A DNA stretch of 64,000 bases from NCBI GenBank assembly GCA_963662585.1, contig OY759729.1, positions 2,656,001 to 2,720,000 of the forward strand, read 5' to 3'. The notes beneath the pieces were generated by a model, which saw nothing but the letters and a program-made list of their open reading frames with translations, was not told the DNA's origin and did no database searches. This document shows, piece by piece, positions 40,240 to 49,583 of this stretch (position 1 is the stretch's first letter; each line of letters begins with the position of its first letter). The position numbers and the translations under genes are program-made. Source of the DNA: Candidatus Cloacimonadales bacterium. Its GTDB lineage: Bacteria > Cloacimonadota > Cloacimonadia > Cloacimonadales > JAFGVF01.

Positions 40240-40496
40240 CTTTACTCCCTTACATAATTTATTTATATAAATTATAATGGTATATTCTCCTTAGGCAAAT
40301 AATTATTTAGTCTACATATAGACTTTTTTATATCACTAAGGTAGCACTCTTTTTCTAATACTCTTTTACATTAGCTTGTAACTTCTCTCTTAACTCTCGT
40401 TATAAATAGTGGGTTCCTAAGAAATAATTATTTTTTATTGACTTAGATGTTAGTTAATAATAACTTGAAAAAAACAAAATAAAGAAGAGGTAGTTA

Positions 40497-40709
40497 ATGA
40501 AAGGTATAGTGAAATGGTTTAATGAGAATAAGGGATATGGATTTATTCTTTCTGATGAAAATGTTGAATATTTTGTACATTGGAAGAGTATTGTAACACC
40601 AAACCCAATGCAACAGAAAATTCTTATTCAGGATGAAAGAGTGGAGTTTGACACTATAGAAACCCCTAGAGGTATTCAAGCAATTAATATTATTAGAGTT
40701 GATGTTTAG
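40497..40709 (+). CDS. Cold-shock domain protein
   Basis: GIVKWFNENKGYGFI (RNP1), YFVHW (RNP2). Confidence 0.94.
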   Translation: MKGIVKWFNENKGYGFILSDENVEYFVHWKSIVTPNPMQQKILIQDERVEFDTIETPRGIQAINIIRVDV

Positions 40710-40754
40710 TATGGTAAGGAAGTAATTTCCAGAACTTAAAGAGGGCGGATTTCT

Positions 40755-42611
40755 ATGGGAATTACTGAAAAACAAGAGTTTTTACCTATATCGAAAAAGG
40801 ATATGTTGGCAAGAGGCTGGGATCAGCTTGATATAATTATTGTATCAGGCGATGCTTATGTAGATCATCCCAGTTTTGCTGCTTCCATTATTGGAAGGAG
40901 CTTGGAGGCTCGTGGTTATAAAGTAGGGATAATTTCACAACCAGATGTAACAAATACCAACGATATTAAGTCTTTAGGAGAACCACGATTAATGTGGGGA
41001 GTTACTTCAGGGAATATGGATTCAATGGTTAACCACTACACAGCCCAGAAAAAGTTGCGTTCAGATGATGCCTATACTCCTGATGGAAAGATAGGGATTA
41101 GGCCTGACAGGGCTGTAATTCGCTATACAAATTTAATCAAACAGATAAGTAAAGATAAACCAGTGATTATCGGAGGAATTGAAGCTTCTATGAGGCGAAT
41201 TTCTCACTATGATTATTGGAGTGATAAGGTCAGGAATTCTATTCTGATAGACTCTAAAGCTGAGATGTTAGTTTATGGAATGGGGGAGAAGATAATATTG
41301 GAAATCGCAGACAAGTTAAATGCTGGCTTTCCTATTGAATCATTACAAGATATTGAAGGGACTGTAATTGTTGTACCAGATCTTGATAAGGCAATTCCTT
41401 TTAAATGGCTTCCTGATGCTGATAAATGTTCTGATAAGAAGGAATTTCTAGAACTAACTAAAATTTTTCAAAGTAACTACTCTTCATCTGTAATATATCA
41501 AAAGTATGATAGAAGATTATTAAAGCACAATCCTCAACCCGAAAACTTCTCTACTCTCGAAATGGATCAAATTTATAATTTACCCTTTGTAAGAGAAGCT
41601 CATCCTATCTATCGGAATAAGAGCTTGAAAGCCTGGGAACAGATAAGAGATTCTATTACTGCCCATCGAGGCTGTGGAGGGGGATGTAATTTCTGTGCAA
41701 TAGGTTATCATCAAGGGAAAAAGATTAGTTCAAGAAGTCCAAAATCTATTATAACAGAAGTAGAAAAGCTAACTCAGAAAACATATTTCCATGGTACTAT
41801 AAGTGATGTAGGCGGACCTTCAGCTAATATGTATGGAATGGCATGTAAACTTCCTAAAGGCTTAGTTTGTAAGAGAAGTTCTTGTCTATATCCAGAAATA
41901 TGTCCTAACTTTGAATATAACCATGATGAATATTTGAATTTATTAGACAATGTCAGCAGAATCAATGGTGTTAATAATCTCTTTATAGCTTCAGGAATCA
42001 GGTTTGACCTTGCATTAAAATCACCAAGATTCATTAAAACTATTGCTAAGAAATATATTGGTGGGCATCTTAAACTAGCTCCTGAGCATACTGTTCCTAA
42101 AGTGCTAACTCTTATGAATAAACCAAATATAGGACTTTATGAAGACTTCTCTAAGCAATTTCTAGACTTTTCCCAAAAGGCTGATAAGAAGCAACAAATT
42201 ATTCCTTATATAATAGTTGGACACCCCGGAACTGATACCAACGATGCTATAAAGCTAGCCTTGTACTTGAAAAAACATAATTTAAAGTTAGAACAAGTGC
42301 AGGAATTCTATCCAACCCCTATGACTCCAAGCACAGCAATGTACTATACAGAACAAAATCTAACTGATGGTAAGGCAATATTTGTCGCAAAAGGAAGGAA
42401 TATTAGACTACAAAAAGCCTTAGTTCAATGGTTCATTCCAAGTAATAAAAAGTATGTTATTGAAGCCTTAAAATCAGTAGGAAAATTGAACCTGCTTGAC
42501 GAGTTCTATCCTAGTAGTAGGAAGAGTGAACCTGCAAGCTCTAAAGCAGATTCTAAATTCAAATCTAGGAAAAAAAGTAAATCTACCTACAGAAAGAGCA
42601 ATAAAATATAA
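40755..42611 (+). CDS. ygiQ: YgiQ/UPF0313 family radical SAM protein
   Basis: GDAYVDHPSF, GNMDSMVNHYT, CGGGCNFC, DVGGPSANMYG, APEH, FYPTPMT. Confidence 0.93.
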   Translation: MGITEKQEFLPISKKDMLARGWDQLDIIIVSGDAYVDHPSFAASIIGRSLEARGYKVGIISQPDVTNTNDIKSLGEPRLMWGVTSGNMDSMVNHYTAQKKLRSDDAYTPDGKIGIRPDRAVIRYTNLIKQISKDKPVIIGGIEASMRRISHYDYWSDKVRNSILIDSKAEMLVYGMGEKIILEIADKLNAGFPIESLQDIEGTVIVVPDLDKAIPFKWLPDADKCSDKKEFLELTKIFQSNYSSSVIYQKYDRRLLKHNPQPENFSTLEMDQIYNLPFVREAHPIYRNKSLKAWEQIRDSITAHRGCGGGCNFCAIGYHQGKKISSRSPKSIITEVEKLTQKTYFHGTISDVGGPSANMYGMACKLPKGLVCKRSSCLYPEICPNFEYNHDEYLNLLDNVSRINGVNNLFIASGIRFDLALKSPRFIKTIAKKYIGGHLKLAPEHTVPKVLTLMNKPNIGLYEDFSKQFLDFSQKADKKQQIIPYIIVGHPGTDTNDAIKLALYLKKHNLKLEQVQEFYPTPMTPSTAMYYTEQNLTDGKAIFVAKGRNIRLQKALVQWFIPSNKKYVIEALKSVGKLNLLDEFYPSSRKSEPASSKADSKFKSRKKSKSTYRKSNKI

Positions 42612-43384
42612 AAACCCCCTTTTATTATCATTTTTAACAAAAGTTATCTTGATTTATTTGTTAGTAGTGAGGTAGATTTGCTAACCATCAAATGAATAAC
42701 TAACTATATATTTCTATATATTAAGAAGACAAAACAATTATCTTAATGCCTCAAATGTTCAATTTCCTGATTATGAGACTGTTCAGCCTAACTTATTGAA
42801 ATACAATCTTTATGTTTTCGGAAATCCCTAAAAACTGCACTTTTTTGTTTATAACCATAAGCTTCAATAATAGACTTTTTGTTTTAACTCAATCCCAAAT
42901 AAGGAAATAATCACTGCAGGATATTCTCTGTATTCTCCTCTTATTCTGAACTAGAACTTAGTATGTTTGCATAAAAGGCCAAGGATTATTTTGACAAGTA
43001 TACTAGGCAATTAAGAGGTGTTGACATCTAAGTATTTAACTAAATAAAGTACTACTTTAAAAGAGTTCTCAAAAAAAATATTAAAATTAAGGTAGCCATA
43101 CCCAATTCTTACTATTACTATAGCTTAATACGAAAGATAAGTATCATATTAATGAAAATACAATCTCTTAAGATGGTAAATAATACTGAATTAAGTGTTT
43201 TTATTAACATTCAATAAAAGTAAGATAATTATATATTGTCTTAATATCTTAAAATATTAATTTATATTTTTGTTAAAAGTAGGATTATATTTTTTTAAAT
43301 ACAAATAAATATAAGATGACTAACCCTGATCAAGTCATTTATAAATTTAAAACAAAAAAAAAATAATAATTTATGAAAATATTC

Positions 43385-43413
43385 TTGACAACTAATTTTG
43401 AAATAGATAAATT
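43385..43413 (+). promoter_or_regulatory. Sigma70-type promoter
   Basis: TTGACA-17 nt-TAAATT, followed by GAGGAG (43430-43435) and ATG 43442. Confidence 0.65.
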
Positions 43414-43441
43414 TGTAATAATTGTGATTGAGGAGAAGAAA

Positions 43442-43723
43442 ATGAGTAACATCGCACATAAATATTTTTCATTTAATAATTATATTTATTTTGAGTGTAG
43501 GGGTTTTATGCTCAAATTTTCTTATGATGACTTACTAAATATTTACAAATTGTACTCTACTCTACTCTACTCTACTCTACTCTACTCTACTCTACTCTAC
43601 TCTACTCTACTCTACTCTACTCTACTCTACTCTACTCTACATACCTTTTATGTTTATAAGCTCTATCAAATATTGTGTCGTTTCAAATACAGTACGAGAA
43701 AGGTTAAACGATTATTCGTTTAA
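43442..43723 (+). CDS. Candidate leader ORF (93 aa) spanning the TACTC tract
   Basis: Strong RBS and ATG just downstream of the promoter; encodes (LYSTL)n; stop lies inside a hairpin. Confidence 0.45.
   Translation: MSNIAHKYFSFNNYIYFECRGFMLKFSYDDLLNIYKLYSTLLYSTLLYSTLLYSTLLYSTLLYSTLHTFYVYKLYQILCRFKYSTRKVKRLFV
43553..43640 (+). repeat. Perfect pentanucleotide simple sequence repeat (TACTC)17 + TAC
   Basis: 88 nt uninterrupted. Confidence 0.97.
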
Positions 43724-43727
43724 CCTT
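43700..43727. promoter_or_regulatory. Perfect 12-bp inverted repeat in the leader of the secreted-protein pair
   Basis: AAGGTTAAACGA-ttat-TCGTTTAACCTT; no U tract. Confidence 0.6.
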
Positions 43728-43826
43728 AAAGCCTGGATATGGAAACTTATAACGAAAGATTTTTAGCCCTTAATGATAAACATTAAGATGTTTGATTTGA
43801 TAACATTTTTATAAAGGAAACATAAA

Positions 43827-46547
43827 ATGAAGAAGATTTTAATAATGATATTGTTGATGGCATTGAGTTATCTTTACTCAGTTGATATATCTCTAAAAGT
43901 AAACGATCCAACAACGCAATACAATGATAGTAACTTTAGGACAATTAATGATGCAGTACAATATGCTTCAGTAAATTACAATGATACTCTTTACACAGTA
44001 AAAATTGATATATTTGAAAATCCTGAAATGATAAATAATCCTGTCTATGAAGATGGTGCTTATCGAGAAAATGTAGTTACATCAGGCTTGTGTGGATATG
44101 AGTTTTATTCAAGTGCACAAAATCAAATTATTATATATCCATTAGTACCCTACAATCCAGTTATATCCCTTTTAGGGGGAGGTGTTAAGACAATGAAAAT
44201 TAATAATTTTACTTTTCATAATGATAGTCAATACTTGCAAGAAAACAATGTAGGGATTTACATCAAATCTCCGAATACTGTTATTGATAACTGTCGATTC
44301 ATTACAGGTCTATATCGGAGCCCTTTTACTAATGATATAAAATTAGTACATGACAACCAAAATGAATCTTACGAGAAAGAGCTATTTGTAAATAACTGTC
44401 TATTTGATACTAGTATGGAAAGTTTAATAGATGTTCCTCAAATAGAATATCCAAGAATTTCATGTAGTCTTATTGGAGATAAAACTTATATAACTACTTA
44501 TACTTTTCATGGAATTAATAATCGATTTATTAGTACAGGACCAGCAGCATATTCTACAGGGGCTAGGAATATATATTGGGATAACAATTATAGTGAATTG
44601 CATTACTGCAATCCAAGTTTACCAACATTTTTATTTACAAACTGTGATTTTGGAAATGGAGTATACTGTACTAATAACACTTCAGAGATAGGTGGTTTTG
44701 AATTAGAGACTTCACCTAGATTCGAATCTTTAATTGTAGGTAATATCTATAAGGGGTTTAAATTTATAGTAAATCATCCTTCCGCACCCTATGGAACAGA
44801 ATCAAAGTTTGATAATAATGTAATTATTACTTCTGAAGATAGCAGATTTTCTAGATTTTTATATACATCAATTTTCTCAGATGAAATTAATAATAATAAC
44901 TTCCTGAATGAAGTGTATACTCAAGGTGATAGACATCAAGTTTTAGCCTTAAAGAGTGGTTATCAGATATATAATAATATATTTTCAAATTATCAATTAG
45001 AGCCGATAAATTTCGTCAATCAAGATAATATTGTCGGTAATATGTTCAATAATTGCCCCCATACAGATTTTGATGACTTAAATATTACTGGTGAACCTGT
45101 TTTTACCGACTATGATGCTTTAGACTTTTCACTTGTATGGCCTACTCCGGCAATTGGAAATGGCTATTCGTCAATATATGATGATCAGTCTGACTCAGTG
45201 TATGATATGAAACTACTCACCTATCAAGATGATACTATAGATATTGGGGCAATACCATTTGACCAAGATAGAAAACAATATCATCATTTTGAAGAAGGAT
45301 CTACTACCCAGAACTGGACAGTTTTCCCAGCTTTAGATAAAGTGAATGAAGCTACCATGCTATATGGTGGCATTACCCAGACTGTGTCTAACAATAATAT
45401 GATTGTGATGTTTAAAGATTTACATGATCAGTGGGGCAATTATGCATCAGTTGGTTATCTAGATTGGAATGAGGATAATGATTATGTGCCTCACTTTTTC
45501 AATTGGATGAGCCAAGAAGACCCAGAAAAACTAATAGAACCTTATCTTGGATATAAAATAACCGCTCAGAATGATTTTGATCATTGGTTCGGTGGACTTC
45601 TACAAGATCCTGATGTGGATATACCACTTCCAGAAACCTCAAATGAGATATGGTTAGGTTACCATGTTCCTTTTACTTCAGACGCATTAGTTGCTTTTTA
45701 CGAAATATTAGGAAGCTTACAAACTATTAAGCATAAAGATTGGGCATTATATTGGAATGGAACTAAATGGACTGGGAAAACATCTACTGGTAATACCAAT
45801 CTTGAAATAGGTGATTTTGTTGTGATTGAATATCGTAGCGATGCAAATCCTCCCACTTCCTTTAATTGGACATACCCTGCCTATAGCAATCCAAATTCAT
45901 TTAGATATCAAGATGCTACTTATGTTTCCTATGAAGAAAAGAGTGATTATTCACCATTCTTTGTTGATATTGATGAAAATTCAAATATCGAAGAAATTGT
46001 TCTCTATGCCAATGATGAATGCATTGGTGGGGCTAAGACTCAAGGTGAAACTACAGTCATGGTAAAAGCTTTTATGGAAGACCTTCCTAATGATTGTGAA
46101 ATTTCTGTTGTAACTTTTACAGGTGCTAAATCATCTAAAAAAGCTAATCAAATCTCTGAATACAACCCTAATTTACAGGTATGGGATATGGTAAGTAATA
46201 TTATTAAAGATAACAGAAGTGCATATCATGTCTCTCTCAGAAAAGATAATAATTCTATCCTAGAGACAAATAATATTGTTACTACAAACTACCCAAATCC
46301 CTTCAATCCAGAAACAACAATAGAATTTAACAATCCTCTTCAGGGTCAAGTGAATATTAATATCTATAACTTGAAAGGACAGCTGGTAAAAAATCTATTA
46401 CAAGATAATTTAACACAAGGTGTTCATAAAGTTATTTGGCAGGGAAGAGATAGTAATGATAAGCAAGTAGCAAGTGGTGTTTATTTTTACAAAATCTCAA
46501 GTGGGAATAAGCAAAGTGTTACTAAGAAAATAATCTTAATGAAATAG
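43827..46547 (+). CDS. Secreted beta-helix-like protein with FlgD-Ig C-terminal domain
   Basis: Signal peptide, FRTINDAV...YRENV, Asn-rich repeats (IDNCRF, IYNNIF), DIGA motif, NYPNPFNP tail. Confidence 0.82.
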   Translation: MKKILIMILLMALSYLYSVDISLKVNDPTTQYNDSNFRTINDAVQYASVNYNDTLYTVKIDIFENPEMINNPVYEDGAYRENVVTSGLCGYEFYSSAQNQIIIYPLVPYNPVISLLGGGVKTMKINNFTFHNDSQYLQENNVGIYIKSPNTVIDNCRFITGLYRSPFTNDIKLVHDNQNESYEKELFVNNCLFDTSMESLIDVPQIEYPRISCSLIGDKTYITTYTFHGINNRFISTGPAAYSTGARNIYWDNNYSELHYCNPSLPTFLFTNCDFGNGVYCTNNTSEIGGFELETSPRFESLIVGNIYKGFKFIVNHPSAPYGTESKFDNNVIITSEDSRFSRFLYTSIFSDEINNNNFLNEVYTQGDRHQVLALKSGYQIYNNIFSNYQLEPINFVNQDNIVGNMFNNCPHTDFDDLNITGEPVFTDYDALDFSLVWPTPAIGNGYSSIYDDQSDSVYDMKLLTYQDDTIDIGAIPFDQDRKQYHHFEEGSTTQNWTVFPALDKVNEATMLYGGITQTVSNNNMIVMFKDLHDQWGNYASVGYLDWNEDNDYVPHFFNWMSQEDPEKLIEPYLGYKITAQNDFDHWFGGLLQDPDVDIPLPETSNEIWLGYHVPFTSDALVAFYEILGSLQTIKHKDWALYWNGTKWTGKTSTGNTNLEIGDFVVIEYRSDANPPTSFNWTYPAYSNPNSFRYQDATYVSYEEKSDYSPFFVDIDENSNIEEIVLYANDECIGGAKTQGETTVMVKAFMEDLPNDCEISVVTFTGAKSSKKANQISEYNPNLQVWDMVSNIIKDNRSAYHVSLRKDNNSILETNNIVTTNYPNPFNPETTIEFNNPLQGQVNINIYNLKGQLVKNLLQDNLTQGVHKVIWQGRDSNDKQVASGVYFYKISSGNKQSVTKKIILMK

Positions 46548-46557
46548 AAATTGAAAA

Positions 46558-46646
46558 CACCCCCTGTGTCCCCCTCGCGGAGGGGGATGTGTGGGGTGAA
46601 ACCTGCTTTCTTAATATCCCCCTCTGAGAGGGGGACTAAGGGGGTG
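46558..46646. repeat. Inverted pair of 30-bp GC-rich palindromes (REPIN-like)
   Basis: CACCCCCTGTGTCCCCCTCGCGGAGGGGGA (46558-46587) and its inverted relative at 46617-46646. Confidence 0.8.
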
Positions 46647-46679
46647 GAACAATAAAACGAAAAAGCAAAGGACAGATAA

Positions 46680-49076
46680 ATGCACAAAATGCTCATACTC
46701 ATATTAATGTTAATTACTTTTAATTTACATGCTTTGTTAGAAGTCTCTTTAGATGGAACAAAGCCCTATACTGAGATCCAAACAGCAGTTAATAGTGCTG
46801 AAGTAGGTGACACAGTTTTAGTATATCCCGGAACTTATTTTGAAAACATAGATTTAAGTAATACTCATAATATTAGCCTAATATCCCTGGAAGCAGTTAC
46901 TGATGATACTACTTATGTCTCAGCTACAACTATCAATGGTTCTCTTAATCAAAATAGTGTAATTATCTGTAATGGGAATAACACCAACTTTTTAGTTAGG
47001 GGATTTACCATAACTGGTGGTTCAGGTATGCAAGGTAATGTGTATTCTCTTGGTGGTGGAGTCTTAGTTGTTGCTGGTAATATGAATTTGGTTAATTCTA
47101 TTGTTAAGTATAATTCTGCTGATAGAGGAGGGGGGGTGATAATCTTTCCTACAGTTAGCTTATATCTTAGTGGGACCATTATCAGAAATAATTTAGCTTA
47201 TGACTCAGGTGGGGGATTACAAGTAGCCAGTAGTTATGATGAACAACCAAGTATTGTTTTTGATCGAGAAAACAGGTCTTCTATCTATGATAATTATGCT
47301 AGTTTAGGAAGTGACATCCATTGGTACAATCATAATGGAGGCAACTGCGATGTATATTTAAAGAAATTTACTGTTAGTGAATATGAGTTCTATTATGCCA
47401 GTTATTTTGATCCTAATGGAGGCTATTTAGATATTGGTTATAATCCTTATTATGTTTTTGATATTGAAGAAGGAGTTCATGAACAAGTAGATGCTGATTT
47501 ATATGTATCAATGACTGGTGATGATAATAATAGCGGTTTAACTCCTGAGCAAGCCTTACGCTCTACTTATAGGGCTTTTCAGATAATAAAAAGTAATCAT
47601 GATAACCAACGGACAGTCCATTTACCTACCGGAAATTACAGTAATTGTGCTAATGGTTATGAAAATCTTCCCATCACGGTCAAGAGTAATACTACTTTGA
47701 AAGGAGTTTCGGCTGAGGAGACTATTATTGATGCAGAAGATATGAAAGTTGTCTGGTATACTGGGGTTATAAATGCTTCAATGACAGGGGAAAATATTAC
47801 TATCAAAAACATGTCTTTACAAAACAGGACAGGATGTGTTCTCAGATCTGCAGCAGTAATGAACTTGAGAATAGAAAACATCATAATTGACAATTGTCAA
47901 AATATCGATACTTGGGATAGTCCACTACTTTTAGGAAGTGTAGCCTATTCGTCTGTTCACATGAAAGATGTACTAATTAAAAATGGTATTTCTGACCTGT
48001 TTGAAGCTGTTGGATATGTAGAAGGTATTGATGTTACTTTAGATAATGTAATCATAAAGGATAATAGTAATACTCATAATAGTGATGCTGGAATTGTCGG
48101 AACATTTCAAGTTTATGCAAAAAATCTGTTATCTGTAAAAAATAGCCAATTTATTAATAACCATAGTTCTATTCAGAATTTTGGTGGTTCTAACATTAGA
48201 TTCTATTCACAGTCAGACTCACTTTATACTATTATTGACAATTGCATATTTGCAAATAATAGTGATGGGAGTTCTTCTAGAAATATTCATTCGTATAGTA
48301 ATAAGGTATTGGTTAATAATTGCACTTTCTCAAATAATACTGGTGGCATGGATTATACAACAACCTTAAGTGCTTTAGAATCAATAGAAGTATATAATAC
48401 AATTTTTTATGCTAATTCTCAAAACTATGCTATCAAATATGGACCTGGTACTATTGAGATTGATAATTGTTTATTTAGTAATGATTCAGATAATATTATT
48501 TATACCTCCAGTGGTGGTCCTTCAAATATTGGAGAAAACAATCTCTACGAAACTAATCCTCTTTTTGTAGGAGGAGACCCTGCGATAAATTCCTATTATC
48601 AGCTATCAGGTGATGAAGTTAATGGATACTCTCCAGCGATTGATGCCGGTACTGATGATTTTTCTTTTATGCCTGATTGGTATGAAGTAAGTGAGTTTGA
48701 TTTATATGGAACTCCTAGAATTTTTGGTGATAGAGTAGATTTAGGTTGTTATGAATATCCTGGATATACCAATAACCATAATAGCGAAATAGTTTTAAAT
48801 AATCTTACTGCTATTAATTATCCAAATCCCTTTAATCCTGAAACAACCATAGAATTTAACAATCCTCTTCAGGGTCAAGTAAATATTAATATCTACAACT
48901 TAAAAGGGCAGCTGGTAAAAAATCTATTTAAGGATAACTTGAGTCAAGGCGTTCATAAAGTTATCTGGCAGGGAAGAGATAGCAATGATAAGCAAGTATC
49001 AAGTGGTGTCTATTTTTACAAAATCTCAAGTGGGAATAGAGATTCAGTAACTAAGAAGATAATATTGATGAAATAA
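46680..49076 (+). CDS. Secreted pectin-lyase-fold / beta-helix protein with FlgD-Ig C-terminal domain
   Basis: IQTAVN...GDTVLVYPGTYFENI, GGGV repeats, YVSMTGDDNNSG, SPAIDAG...DLGCYE, NYPNPFNP tail. Confidence 0.85.
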   Translation: MHKMLILILMLITFNLHALLEVSLDGTKPYTEIQTAVNSAEVGDTVLVYPGTYFENIDLSNTHNISLISLEAVTDDTTYVSATTINGSLNQNSVIICNGNNTNFLVRGFTITGGSGMQGNVYSLGGGVLVVAGNMNLVNSIVKYNSADRGGGVIIFPTVSLYLSGTIIRNNLAYDSGGGLQVASSYDEQPSIVFDRENRSSIYDNYASLGSDIHWYNHNGGNCDVYLKKFTVSEYEFYYASYFDPNGGYLDIGYNPYYVFDIEEGVHEQVDADLYVSMTGDDNNSGLTPEQALRSTYRAFQIIKSNHDNQRTVHLPTGNYSNCANGYENLPITVKSNTTLKGVSAEETIIDAEDMKVVWYTGVINASMTGENITIKNMSLQNRTGCVLRSAAVMNLRIENIIIDNCQNIDTWDSPLLLGSVAYSSVHMKDVLIKNGISDLFEAVGYVEGIDVTLDNVIIKDNSNTHNSDAGIVGTFQVYAKNLLSVKNSQFINNHSSIQNFGGSNIRFYSQSDSLYTIIDNCIFANNSDGSSSRNIHSYSNKVLVNNCTFSNNTGGMDYTTTLSALESIEVYNTIFYANSQNYAIKYGPGTIEIDNCLFSNDSDNIIYTSSGGPSNIGENNLYETNPLFVGGDPAINSYYQLSGDEVNGYSPAIDAGTDDFSFMPDWYEVSEFDLYGTPRIFGDRVDLGCYEYPGYTNNHNSEIVLNNLTAINYPNPFNPETTIEFNNPLQGQVNINIYNLKGQLVKNLFKDNLSQGVHKVIWQGRDSNDKQVSSGVYFYKISSGNRDSVTKKIILMK

Positions 49077-49091
49077 AGTTGAAACACCCCC

Positions 49092-49355
49092 TTAGTCCGT
49101 GAATCTTAAATTATGGAATGGAAGCGTCCCTGCTTCCATCAGGCTGTATTTCAGCCTGCTCTTATCTTTTCTGGCGACACGGAGGTCCCCAGTCCATAGG
49201 CCCCTGCTTCCATTAACTGGGGTTACGGACATTTAGTCCGTGAATCTTAAATTATGGAATGGAAGCGTCCCTGCTTCCATCAGGCTGTATTTCAGCCTGC
49301 TCTTATCTTTTCTGGCGACACGGAGGTCCCCAGTCCATAGGCCCCTGCTTCCATT
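49092..49355 (+). repeat. Identical 123-bp tandem duplication (141-bp period) built of REP-like palindromes
   Basis: 49092-49214 equals 49233-49355; contains GGAAGCGTCCCTGCTTCC and CAGGCTG-tattt-CAGCCTG hairpins. Confidence 0.9.
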
Positions 49356-49583
49356 CCATAGGAAACACCCCCCGTGTCCCTCTTGAAGCTTCCAACAAAG
49401 GCTATGGAAGGGGATATTAGTTGTTGAATCGGAACAAATATATCTTTTCTTAACTTATGTCTGGTTTTTTAGAAAATTTAGCAGAAAGAGCAATAAAAGA
49501 TAAAAATCTAATTGACACAATTATAGTTTATTCAATTAATGATATAAAATTAAATATATATGATAAAATATCCGGAGTAGCAA

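Noticed and set aside
43373..43441. ORF-track start at 43373 for the LYSTL ORF
   Set aside because: Lies upstream of the predicted promoter and lacks an RBS; ATG 43442 has GAGGAG
43442..46547. SSR acting as an in-gene frameshift switch fusing the leader to the 906-aa protein
   Set aside because: All three frames stop before 43827, and the gene has its own RBS and signal peptide
46287..49076. DGR template/variable repeat pair
   Set aside because: Differences are mostly synonymous, not adenine-specific, and both copies are coding
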